Made by a program: the position numbers and the translations under genes
Part shown: positions 56,427 to 64,000 of the stretch, piece by piece
Numbering within the stretch: position 1 is the stretch's first letter
Layout of the letters: each line of letters begins with the position of its first letter
The notes under the pieces: model-generated
What the model saw: the letters and a program-made list of their open reading frames with translations, nothing else
Told to the model about the DNA's origin: nothing
Database searches by the model: none
From: Clostridia bacterium
GTDB lineage: Bacteria; Bacillota; Clostridia; Oscillospirales; CAG-272
Reading direction: 5' to 3'
NCBI GenBank assembly: GCA_017625935.1
Contig: JAGALA010000034.1
Span: 18,593-82,592, forward strand
DNA length: 64,000 bases

Positions 56427-57617
56427 ATGAAAATTCTCGTTGTAAACGCCGGAAGCTCATCACTTAAGTATCAGCTTTTCGATATGGACACCGGCGACGT
56501 TCTCGCAAAGGGCTTATGCGAGAGAATCGGCATTGACGGAGCAATCACTCACAAGCGCCCGGGAAAAGAAAATTACAAGAGCGAAGCACCCCTTAAAGAC
56601 CATAAGGCTGCTATTGAGCTTGTTTTGTCGCTTCTTTGCGACCCCGACCTTGGCGTAATTTCAAGTGCGGACGAAATCGGTGCTGTCGGACACAGAGTTG
56701 CCCACGGCGGAGAAAAGCTCCGCCAGTCAAGCGTAATCGGCGAAAAAGAGCTTGAATACCTTGAAAGCATAGTTGAAATCAACCCACTCCACGGCCCACC
56801 CGCCATAAGCGGAATCAAGGCTTGCCAAAGTGTAATGCCAAACGTGAAGCACGTTGGAGTCTTTGATACCTCCTATTATTCAACAATGGAGGAAAAAGCG
56901 TACATCTACCCTATTCCCTATGAGCTTTATGAAAAATATAAGATTCGTCGCTACGGCTTCCACGGTACCTCACACAGGTACGTGTGCCAAAAGGTGATGG
57001 ACATTTTAGGAAATAAGGATGCAAAAGTAATCACCTGTCACTTAGGTAACGGCTCGTCCATTACCGCAAGCGTAGGCGGACGCGCAGTTGACACCTCAAT
57101 GGGCTTTACCCCGCAGGAGGGCGTGCCGATGGGAACGCGCAGCGGCTCCCTTGACCCAACGGTTGTAACATATATAATGAAAAAGGAAGGACTTAATCCT
57201 GAGGAAATGGAAAAGCTCCTTAACTCGAAATCGGGACTTCTTGGCGTGTCGGGTGTTTCAAGCGACTGCCGTGACGTTATGATTGCCGAGGGTGAGGGAA
57301 GCAAGCGTTCAGCTCTTGCTATGGAAATTCTCGTTCATTATATTAAAAAAATTATCGGCTCGTACGTTGCTGAAATGAACGGGCTTGATGCCTTGGTGTT
57401 TACAGCGGGCATCGGTGAAAACGACGGCGTTGTAAGAGAGCTTATTTGTAAGGATCTTTCCTATCTCGGCGTTGAAATCGACAGCGAGGTAAACCTTGGC
57501 GCAAAGCGAGGCACACAAACGGAAATTACAAAGGCGGGTGCTAAGGTAAGAACCTTTGCTATACCAACCGACGAGGAATATATGATTGCCCTCGATACCT
57601 ACGCTTTATCAAAATGA
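56427..57617 (+). CDS. ackA: Acetate (acyl) kinase
   Basis: The N-terminus is ILVVNAGSSSLKYQLF. The protein is 396 aa and the canonical AckA core is present. Confidence 0.93.
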   Translation: MKILVVNAGSSSLKYQLFDMDTGDVLAKGLCERIGIDGAITHKRPGKENYKSEAPLKDHKAAIELVLSLLCDPDLGVISSADEIGAVGHRVAHGGEKLRQSSVIGEKELEYLESIVEINPLHGPPAISGIKACQSVMPNVKHVGVFDTSYYSTMEEKAYIYPIPYELYEKYKIRRYGFHGTSHRYVCQKVMDILGNKDAKVITCHLGNGSSITASVGGRAVDTSMGFTPQEGVPMGTRSGSLDPTVVTYIMKKEGLNPEEMEKLLNSKSGLLGVSGVSSDCRDVMIAEGEGSKRSALAMEILVHYIKKIIGSYVAEMNGLDALVFTAGIGENDGVVRELICKDLSYLGVEIDSEVNLGAKRGTQTEITKAGAKVRTFAIPTDEEYMIALDTYALSK

Positions 57618-57660
57618 TTATTAAAAAAATTTATATACAAATTGAAAGGAAAAAAGAAAA

Positions 57661-58410
57661 ATGAAATCAGCTTACGAAATTAAAAAGGAAATCTGTGAAG
57701 TCGGCCACGCGCTCTATCACCTCGGCTTTGTTGCCGCAAACGACGGTAATATCTCCGTTAAGGTTAGCGAAAACGAGTACTACTGCACACCAACAGGCGT
57801 ATCAAAGGGTACTCTTACCCCTGATATGATTATCAAGGTTGACAGAAACGGAAACAAGATTGAGGGCAAGCTCAATCCGTCATCTGAAATTAAGATGCAT
57901 ATGCGCGTTTACCAAAAGCGTCCCGACGTTGGCGCGGTTGTTCACGCTCACCCACCGATAGCTACTGCATTTACAATCGCAGGCATCGACCTTGACCAGT
58001 ATATTCTTCCCGAGGCAGTTCTTACAATCGGCGAGGTTCCAACCTGCGCATACGGAACACCCTCAACTATGGAAATTCCCGACTCACTTGAGCCATACAT
58101 CGAAAACCACGACGCATTCCTTCTCCAAAACCACGGTGCTTTGACAGTTGGCTTCAACCTTCAAAAGGCTATGTTCGTTATGGAAGAGGTAGAATTCAAC
58201 GCAAAGATTTGTAAGTACGCAATGGAGCTTGGCGCGGTACACGAAATCCCGAACGATCAGCTTAAGAAGCTTATGGACCTTCGTAAGAAGATGAACATCC
58301 CTGGCCGTCACCCCGGCATTGACTACGGTGAGCATGAGTGCAAGTGCGATGCTAACGAGGAGCTCGTTGCTGAAATCACACGCCGCGTTATAGCAGCTCT
58401 CGGAAAATAA
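57661..58410 (+). CDS. Class II aldolase (L-fuculose/rhamnulose-1-phosphate aldolase-like) with a C-terminal encapsulation-peptide-like helix
   Basis: The class II aldolase/adducin N-terminal pattern AANDGNISV and the His cluster VVHAHPP are present. The amphipathic C-terminal tail is EELVAEITRRVIAALGK. Confidence 0.8.
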   Translation: MKSAYEIKKEICEVGHALYHLGFVAANDGNISVKVSENEYYCTPTGVSKGTLTPDMIIKVDRNGNKIEGKLNPSSEIKMHMRVYQKRPDVGAVVHAHPPIATAFTIAGIDLDQYILPEAVLTIGEVPTCAYGTPSTMEIPDSLEPYIENHDAFLLQNHGALTVGFNLQKAMFVMEEVEFNAKICKYAMELGAVHEIPNDQLKKLMDLRKKMNIPGRHPGIDYGEHECKCDANEELVAEITRRVIAALGK

Positions 58411-58450
58411 TTTCTCCACATCATATCAATTTTAAGGAAAGGAGAAAATT

Positions 58451-59908
58451 ATGGCTATAAATTGGACAGATGCGCAAATTGAAGAAATCGTAGCCTCTGT
58501 TATGAAGGGGCTGACGGGCGAGGCTCCCAAGGCGAAGCCACAGTACTGCGGTGCGGGCTATAACGGCAAAAAATATATCGGCGTTTACGAGGATATGAAC
58601 GACGCAATCGATGCCGCCGAGGCAGGCTACCGTGCAATTCGCGCAATGTCGCTTGAGGAAAGAGAAAAGGTTATCAATATAATCCGTGACCTTTGCCGTA
58701 AGGAAGCGCCGACAATGGCGTCCTTAGGTGTTGATGAAACCAAAATGGGCAGAGTTGACCACAAAACCGCAAAGCACATCTTGGTTGCGGACAAAACACC
58801 GGGCACATCCGACATTGTCGCAGACGTAAAAACGGGCGACTACGGCTTGACCCTTACCGAAATGGCTCCCTTTGGAGTTGTCGGCAGTATCACCCCAAGC
58901 ACAAACCCATCGGAAACAGTTATTTGTAACAGTATAGGAATGATAGCCGCAGGCAACGGCGTTGTTTTCAACCCACATCCTAACGCTATCGCAACCTCAA
59001 ACTACGCGGTAGATTTGATTAACCGCGCGAGCGCTATGGCAGGCGGCCCCTCCGTTCTTGTTTCATCGGTTGTGAAGCCGACGCTTGATACCGCAAGCAT
59101 AATGTATAAGGACCCAAGAATCAGACTGCTTGTTTGCACAGGCGGACCGGGGGTTGTTAAGAGCGTTTTATCAAGCGGTAAAAAGGCAATCGGCGCAGGT
59201 GCGGGAAATCCTCCTGTAATAGTTGACGATACAGCTGATATAAAGAAGGCGGGCAAGGACATCATCGACGGCTGTACCTTTGACAATAACCTACCCTGCA
59301 TTGCGGAAAAGGAGGTATTTGCCTTCGCTAATATTGCAGACGAGCTTATCGATGCAATGAAAGCAAACGGCGCTTACCTTATAAGCTCACAGGATGCAGA
59401 TAAGCTTGCCAAGATTGTTCTCGTTGAGAAAACAAACCCGAAAACAGGTATAAAGTCAAAAATTGTCAACCGTGACTGCGTTGGCAGAGACGCAAAGGTG
59501 TTGCTTGAAAAAATCGGCATTTATGTAGGCAACGACATTCGCTGCATTATTTGCGAAACATCCTTCGAGCACGAGTTTGTGCAAGAGGAGCTTATGATGC
59601 CTATTTTGCCTATCGTAAGAGTAAAAAATATTGACGAGGCAATTTCGCTTGCGGTTAAAGCCGAGCACGGCAACCGCCACACAGCGCATATGCACTCTAA
59701 AAATATTGACAATCTCACAAGATTTGCACGCGCCGTTGAAACTACTATATTTGTAAAGAACGCACCGTCCTACGCAGGCATCGGCTTTGGCGGAGAGGGA
59801 CACACAACCTTTACAATAGCAGGCCCGACAGGCGAGGGTATTACAAGTGCAAGGAGCTTTACAAGAAAGCGCCGTTGCGTTCTCTCTGAAAGCTTCAGAA
59901 TAATCTAA
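58451..59908 (+). CDS. CoA-acylating aldehyde dehydrogenase (PduP/EutE family) with an N-terminal encapsulation peptide
   Basis: The catalytic Cys context is NNLPCIAEKE. The N-terminal amphipathic helix is DAQIEEIVASVMKGL. Confidence 0.85.
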   Translation: MAINWTDAQIEEIVASVMKGLTGEAPKAKPQYCGAGYNGKKYIGVYEDMNDAIDAAEAGYRAIRAMSLEEREKVINIIRDLCRKEAPTMASLGVDETKMGRVDHKTAKHILVADKTPGTSDIVADVKTGDYGLTLTEMAPFGVVGSITPSTNPSETVICNSIGMIAAGNGVVFNPHPNAIATSNYAVDLINRASAMAGGPSVLVSSVVKPTLDTASIMYKDPRIRLLVCTGGPGVVKSVLSSGKKAIGAGAGNPPVIVDDTADIKKAGKDIIDGCTFDNNLPCIAEKEVFAFANIADELIDAMKANGAYLISSQDADKLAKIVLVEKTNPKTGIKSKIVNRDCVGRDAKVLLEKIGIYVGNDIRCIICETSFEHEFVQEELMMPILPIVRVKNIDEAISLAVKAEHGNRHTAHMHSKNIDNLTRFARAVETTIFVKNAPSYAGIGFGGEGHTTFTIAGPTGEGITSARSFTRKRRCVLSESFRII

Positions 59909-59922
59909 GAAAGGAAAAAGAA

Positions 59923-61119
59923 ATGAATATTTCATCATCACAGGTAGAGAGCATAGTTCGCAAGATTCTCGGTGAGGTTTCTGGCGCAAAGACTGCATCG
60001 GCAGGTGTGCCGAAAACCGCTAAGGTTGCAATGCTCACCGCGCCTAAGAAGATTGAGGTTAAGGAATACCCTATTCCAACCGTTGGTGACAACGATATCC
60101 TCGTTAAGGTTGAGGGCTGCGGCGTTTGCGGAACTGACGTTCACGAGTGGAAGGGTGACCCCTTCGGCATTATTCCCGTTACTCTCGGTCACGAGGGAAC
60201 AGGTGAAATTATCGCTCTCGGTAAAAATATAAAGGCAGATACCGCAGGCAACCCGATTAAGGTTGGCGACAAGATTGTTACCTCAGTTATCAGCTGCGGC
60301 GAATGCTTCGTTTGCCGTAACAAGCCCGCAAATACCAACCTTTGCGACAAGCAGGGCGTATTCGGACTTATCCCACATAACGATGCAAATCCGCTTACAG
60401 GCTGGTTTGCTTCACACCTTCTTATCAGCGGCAAGGGCTCTACATATTTCGTTGTAAACGACCTTGACTTGAAGGAAAGAATGCTCCTTGAGCTTGCTTG
60501 CGTTTGCGTGCACGCACTCAAAAGAGCTAACACCACGGGTCTTATCAACTTTAACTCAAAGGTTTTGGTTCAAGGCCTTGGCCCTGTCGGTCTTGTTATG
60601 ATTAGCGTGCTTCGTGCAGCGGGTGTAAACCATATCGTTGCAATTGACGGCACTCCCAAGCGCCTTGAAATGGCAAAGAAGCTTGGCGCTAAGACAGTTA
60701 TCAGCTTCAAGGAGGTTAGCTCACTTGAGGAAAGAGTAAATATCGTTAAGAAGGCCGCAAACGGCGTGGGCGTTGACTTTGCATTCCAATGCACAGGCGC
60801 ACCTATGGCGGCTAAGGATATTTACGAATACATTCGCCGCGGCGGCGGAATGTGCGAAATGGGCTTCTTTGTAAACAACGGCGAATATACCGTTAACCCA
60901 CACTTCGCAATGTGCAACAAGGAAATTAACATTGTAGGCTCTTGGGACTACAGCGCGGATGACTATCCGACGACTATGGCGTTCCTCCGTCAAGCAAGAG
61001 AAATGAACATTCCGATAAAGGAGCTTATCACTCATACCTTCCCTCTTGACAAGCTCAACGAGGCAATGGAGGTTAACGTTTCTCAGGCAGGCATTAAAAT
61101 CTGCTACGTTGCGGAATAA
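59923..61119 (+). CDS. Zinc-dependent medium-chain alcohol dehydrogenase with an N-terminal encapsulation-peptide-like helix
   Basis: The motifs CGVCGTDVH and GHEGTGEI are present. The N-terminus is SSQVESIVRKILGEV. Confidence 0.8.
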   Translation: MNISSSQVESIVRKILGEVSGAKTASAGVPKTAKVAMLTAPKKIEVKEYPIPTVGDNDILVKVEGCGVCGTDVHEWKGDPFGIIPVTLGHEGTGEIIALGKNIKADTAGNPIKVGDKIVTSVISCGECFVCRNKPANTNLCDKQGVFGLIPHNDANPLTGWFASHLLISGKGSTYFVVNDLDLKERMLLELACVCVHALKRANTTGLINFNSKVLVQGLGPVGLVMISVLRAAGVNHIVAIDGTPKRLEMAKKLGAKTVISFKEVSSLEERVNIVKKAANGVGVDFAFQCTGAPMAAKDIYEYIRRGGGMCEMGFFVNNGEYTVNPHFAMCNKEINIVGSWDYSADDYPTTMAFLRQAREMNIPIKELITHTFPLDKLNEAMEVNVSQAGIKICYVAE

Positions 61120-61150
61120 GCCAAGACCGAGGAAGCAAAGGAGTTAAATT

Positions 61151-61468
61151 ATGGCTCTTGGAATGATTGAGGTTTATGGCTTTGCCACTGCAATTGTGGT
61201 TGCTGACGCTATGGCTAAGGCGGCTGAGGTTAAGGTGGTTGCCATTGACAAAAACAAGCCCGCAGGCGGTGACTCGGCAAGAGTGCCACTCGTTATGGCT
61301 ATAAAGATAGAGGGCTCGGCTGCCGCTGTTGAAGCTGCTATTTTGGCAGGCAAGGCGGAGGCAGAAAAGCGCGAGCTTTATATCACACATAAGGTAATTG
61401 CCAGACAGAGCGAGGATATTGAATGGTTTGCACACCTCTCTGCTCTTGGTAAGGATAAATTAAGATAA
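61151..61468 (+). CDS. BMC-H shell protein (Pfam00936-type) with a C-terminal extension
   Basis: The sequence is ALGMIEVYGFATAIVVADAMAKAA... Confidence 0.85.
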   Translation: MALGMIEVYGFATAIVVADAMAKAAEVKVVAIDKNKPAGGDSARVPLVMAIKIEGSAAAVEAAILAGKAEAEKRELYITHKVIARQSEDIEWFAHLSALGKDKLR

Positions 61469-61492
61469 TTAAATTAAAAGGAGAATAAAACA

Positions 61493-61768
61493 ATGATGGA
61501 AGCATTAGGAATGGTAGAAACAAGAGGCTTGGTTGCTGCAATTGAGGCGGCAGACGCTATGGTAAAGGCGGCAAACGTAGTTCTCGTTGGAAGCGAAAAG
61601 ATCGGTAGCGGTCTTGTTAGCGTTATGGTTCGCGGCGACGTTGGCGCAGTTAAGGCAGCAGTTGAGGCAGGAAGCGCAGCTGCAACATCACTTGGCGAGG
61701 TTATTGCAACTCACGTAATCCCAAGACCGCACGCAGACGTTGAAAAGCTTCTTCCTATTATAAAATAA
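61493..61768 (+). CDS. BMC-H shell protein (PduA/EutM-like)
   Basis: The sequence is [27 protein letters not shown]...IPRPH. Confidence 0.92.
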   Translation: MMEALGMVETRGLVAAIEAADAMVKAANVVLVGSEKIGSGLVSVMVRGDVGAVKAAVEAGSAAATSLGEVIATHVIPRPHADVEKLLPIIK

Positions 61769-61785
61769 TTTAAGGAATTTATAGT

Positions 61786-62058
61786 ATGAAGGCAATAGCG
61801 TTACTTGAAGTGCAGGCAATGGTAGCCGCCATCGCAGGACTTGACGCTATGGTAAAGGCAGCCGACGTAAAGCTCATTCACGTGGAAAAGCGCCTCGGCG
61901 GCAGACTGGTGACGGTTGTTGTTGAGGGTGAGGTTTCCGCGGTAAAAGCATCGCTTGAAGCAGGTGCGGCGGAAGCGGCTAAGGTCGGAAACGTTAAGTG
62001 CTGTGAGGTTATTGCACGCCCACACCCCGACGTTATGAGATTTTTAACAACGGGCTAA
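61786..62058 (+). CDS. BMC-H shell protein
   Basis: The sequence is AIALLEVQAMVAAIAGLDAMVKAADV...IARPH. Confidence 0.85.
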   Translation: MKAIALLEVQAMVAAIAGLDAMVKAADVKLIHVEKRLGGRLVTVVVEGEVSAVKASLEAGAAEAAKVGNVKCCEVIARPHPDVMRFLTTG

Positions 62059-62148
62059 GATGGCAAAGCCATCACAAAATCAGTTTTTGAAGCTTATGCT
62101 TTGAAATATAAAACAAAATAATAATAATTCTTATAGGAGGATTTTAAA

Positions 62149-62421
62149 ATGGAAGCACTCGGAATGGTAGAAACAAGAGGTCTTGTAGCTGCAATTGAGG
62201 CGGCTGACGCTATGGTAAAGGCAGCAAACGTTGTTCTTATCGGCAGCGAAAAGATCGGTAGCGGTCTTGTTAGCGTTATGGTTCGCGGCGACGTTGGTGC
62301 AGTTAAGGCAGCAGTTGAGGCAGGATCAGCAGCTGCAACTTCACTCGGTGAGGTTATTGCAACTCACGTTATTCCAAGACCGCACGCAGACGTTGAAAAG
62401 CTTCTCCCTTCAATTAAATAA
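62149..62421 (+). CDS. BMC-H shell protein (near-identical paralog of 61493-61768)
   Basis: The protein differs from the paralog at 2 aligned residues, plus one extra N-terminal Met in the other copy. Confidence 0.92.
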   Translation: MEALGMVETRGLVAAIEAADAMVKAANVVLIGSEKIGSGLVSVMVRGDVGAVKAAVEAGSAAATSLGEVIATHVIPRPHADVEKLLPSIK

Positions 62422-62546
62422 TTATAGAAGGATAGCTTTCAGTATCCAAAGGGCACTTGCCCTTTGGGTACTGCAAAAGAGCTTAAATAAACCGTTGAGC
62501 TTTTTTGCAGTACTAATCTATGAAAAAGCGAGAGAAAGGAAAGAAA

Positions 62547-63200
62547 ATGGATATTTCAACTGAAAAAATAGCCGAAATGGTAAAGCGCGCGCTTCTTGAA
62601 ATAAAAGGCGAGCAAAAGCCAAGCACAGATGGCGCAATTCCCATCGGCGTTTCAAACAGACACATACATCTATCGAAGAGCGACCTTGAAACCCTGTTCG
62701 GCGAGGGATATGAGCTGACACCCATAAAGGAGCTTTCTCAGCCGGGACAGTATGCGTGCAAGGAGCAGCTTACCATAATCGGCCCGTCAATGCGCCCGAT
62801 TGAAAACGTAAGAGTTTTAGGACCTGTAAGAAAAGCATCACAGGTTGAAATATCAGCGACTGACTCCTACGTTTTGAAGGTGAAGCCGCCTGTGCGTGAG
62901 TCTGGCAATATAAAGGACTCCGCCCCCATAAGAATCGTAGGGCCTAAGGGCGTTGTGGAGCTAAACGAGGGCTGTATAATCGCAAACAGACATATTCATA
63001 TGTCCCCTGCCGAGGCTGAGGTGTTTGGACTTCGCGACGGTGACTACGTTGATATTGACGTAAACGGAAAGCGCCGCACAAGATGGTTTGACGTTCAGGT
63101 AAGGGTGCACAAGGATTTCCGCCTTGAGATGCACGTCGATACAGATGATGCAAACGCGGCAGGCATAGGAAACGGCTTTACGGTAACTATCGCAAAATAA
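62547..63200 (+). CDS. pduL: Phosphate acyltransferase PduL with an N-terminal encapsulation peptide
   Basis: Two PduL repeats are present (GVSNRHIHLS and ANRHIHMS). The N-terminal helix is EKIAEMVKRALLEI. The start at MDIST (62547) follows AAAGGAAAG. Confidence 0.88.
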   Translation: MDISTEKIAEMVKRALLEIKGEQKPSTDGAIPIGVSNRHIHLSKSDLETLFGEGYELTPIKELSQPGQYACKEQLTIIGPSMRPIENVRVLGPVRKASQVEISATDSYVLKVKPPVRESGNIKDSAPIRIVGPKGVVELNEGCIIANRHIHMSPAEAEVFGLRDGDYVDIDVNGKRRTRWFDVQVRVHKDFRLEMHVDTDDANAAGIGNGFTVTIAK

Positions 63201-63231
63201 CATAGCAAATAAAATTTGTGAGGAAATAAAA

Positions 63232-63480
63232 ATGTTAAAGGGAATTATCAGAGGAAACATCGTTTCCACAAGAAAGCAGGACTCCTTGGTTGGCAGTAAG
63301 TTTATGGAGGTTCAGCTTATTAAAAACGGTCAGTTTACAGACGAATATATTATAGCTATTGACTCCGTTGGCGCAGGCATAGGTGAAACCGTGCTTATAA
63401 CAACGGGCAGCTCAGCGCGCTTGGCTTTGCATAACACAAACAGCCCCGCTGACGCAGTTATTGTAGGTATTGTCGATTAA
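63232..63480 (+). CDS. BMC-P pentameric vertex protein (EutN/CcmL family)
   Basis: The protein is 82 aa with MLKGIIRGNIVSTRK...AVIVGIVD. Confidence 0.88.
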   Translation: MLKGIIRGNIVSTRKQDSLVGSKFMEVQLIKNGQFTDEYIIAIDSVGAGIGETVLITTGSSARLALHNTNSPADAVIVGIVD

Positions 63481-63497
63481 AAAACGTGAGGGGGCGG

Positions 63498-63588
63498 GAC
63501 GTCGCCCAAAACAGGTCGTCGAGGACGTCGCTAAAACGGGTCGTCGAGGACGTCGCTAAAACGGGTCGTCGGGGACGTCGACCCCTAC
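63498..63588 (-). repeat. REP-like element expanded into about 3.6 tandem 25/26-bp units (GTAGGGG head on the minus strand)
   Basis: Units of gacgtcgc[c/t]aaaac[a/g]ggtcgtcgag lie at 63498-63523, 63524-63548 and 63549-63573, with a partial unit at 63574-63588 ending in cccctac. Confidence 0.85.
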
Positions 63589-63616
63589 GATGGAAATTAT
63601 TTGAAAGAGTGAAAAG

Positions 63617-64000
63617 ATGCAGGAACTAAAGAACATAATGCGCAATTTCGGCATTGTTGGTGCCGGAGGAGCGGGGTTCCCCTCTTACGCGAAGCTTGCG
63701 GAGGGGGCAAACCTCCTCCTTATTAACGGCTCGGAGTGTGAGCCGCTTTTATACACAGACTACGTTATTCTTAAAAACGAAATGACTATGGTGCTCTCGG
63801 GCATTTCAGAGGTGCTTTCGCACACGGGCATACCAAAGGCACTTTTGGCGGTAAAATCGCATACGGCGAAAATGCTCGGTCTTTGGGACGGTGAAAAGCT
63901 CGCTGAGAAAATTTACGTAAGAGAGCTGCCCGACGTCTACCCTATCGGTGACGAGGTGAGCCTTATATATGAATCAACGGGCAGACAGATAAAGCCGGGT
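63617..64000 (+). CDS. RnfC/PduS-like flavoprotein, N-terminal part (runs off the right window edge)
   Basis: Manual translation gives MQELKNIMRNFGIVGAGGAGFPSYAKL...NGSECEPLLYTDY. The GAGGAGFP and ECEP motifs are typical of the RnfC/NuoF-like SLBB family found in BMC loci. Confidence 0.7.
   Translation, partial: MQELKNIMRNFGIVGAGGAGFPSYAKLAEGANLLLINGSECEPLLYTDYVILKNEMTMVLSGISEVLSHTGIPKALLAVKSHTAKMLGLWDGEKLAEKIYVRELPDVYPIGDEVSLIYESTGRQIKPG

Noticed and set aside
62231-62563. A 110-aa plus-strand ORF overlapping BMC-H4 and the downstream spacer.
   Set aside because: It is an off-frame overlap of a highly conserved shell gene and runs through the intercistronic hairpins.

Overview
The window is the chromosomal replication-origin region of a low-GC Firmicutes (Clostridia-like) genome. 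No rRNA, tRNA or CRISPR array was found.

**Layout**
- 0.6-15.4 kb, all on the minus strand: pgsA, rimO, recX, recA, then gyrA, gyrB, remB, recF, dnaN, dnaA. A bipartite oriC flanks dnaA, with DnaA-box-like sites, TAG-type DnaA-trios and an AT-rich unwinding element.
- 15.9-37.9 kb, mostly minus-strand housekeeping genes: cysteine-desulfidase-like UPF0597, GH28, Fic, mnmG, rlmH, typA, DUF1385, ruvX, prmC, glmM and others. Interspersed are two XRE/small-protein cassettes and a REP-associated tyrosine transposase (RAYT).
- 38.2-44.1 kb: perR and reverse rubrerythrin. The rubrerythrin 3' end is an integration hotspot carrying a large serine recombinase element remnant and two orphan copies of the gene's 3' end.
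- 44.4-55.1 kb, accessory genes: CoiA-like, SASA esterase, GH43 with an in-frame stop, ktrBA, GH36 and an M6-like metalloprotease lipoprotein.
- 55.5-64 kb: an RpiR-linked, class II aldolase-type (PVM-like) bacterial microcompartment locus that runs off the right edge.

**Most unusual signals (all non-coding)**
1. A family of intergenic tandem mini-hairpin arrays. Each has a short constant AT-rich linker (AATTCAT / ATTCCATA / GTTATGA) and hypervariable self-complementary spacers. There are at least four loci.
2. GTAGGG(G)-plus-hairpin REP-like elements, together with a RAYT gene that carries two perfect inverted REP copies inside its own ORF.
3. Diverged duplications of gene 3' ends (rbr and a PLP-enzyme gene), which point to repeated site-specific insertion.

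Functional interpretations of these repeats are hypotheses. No database search was possible.
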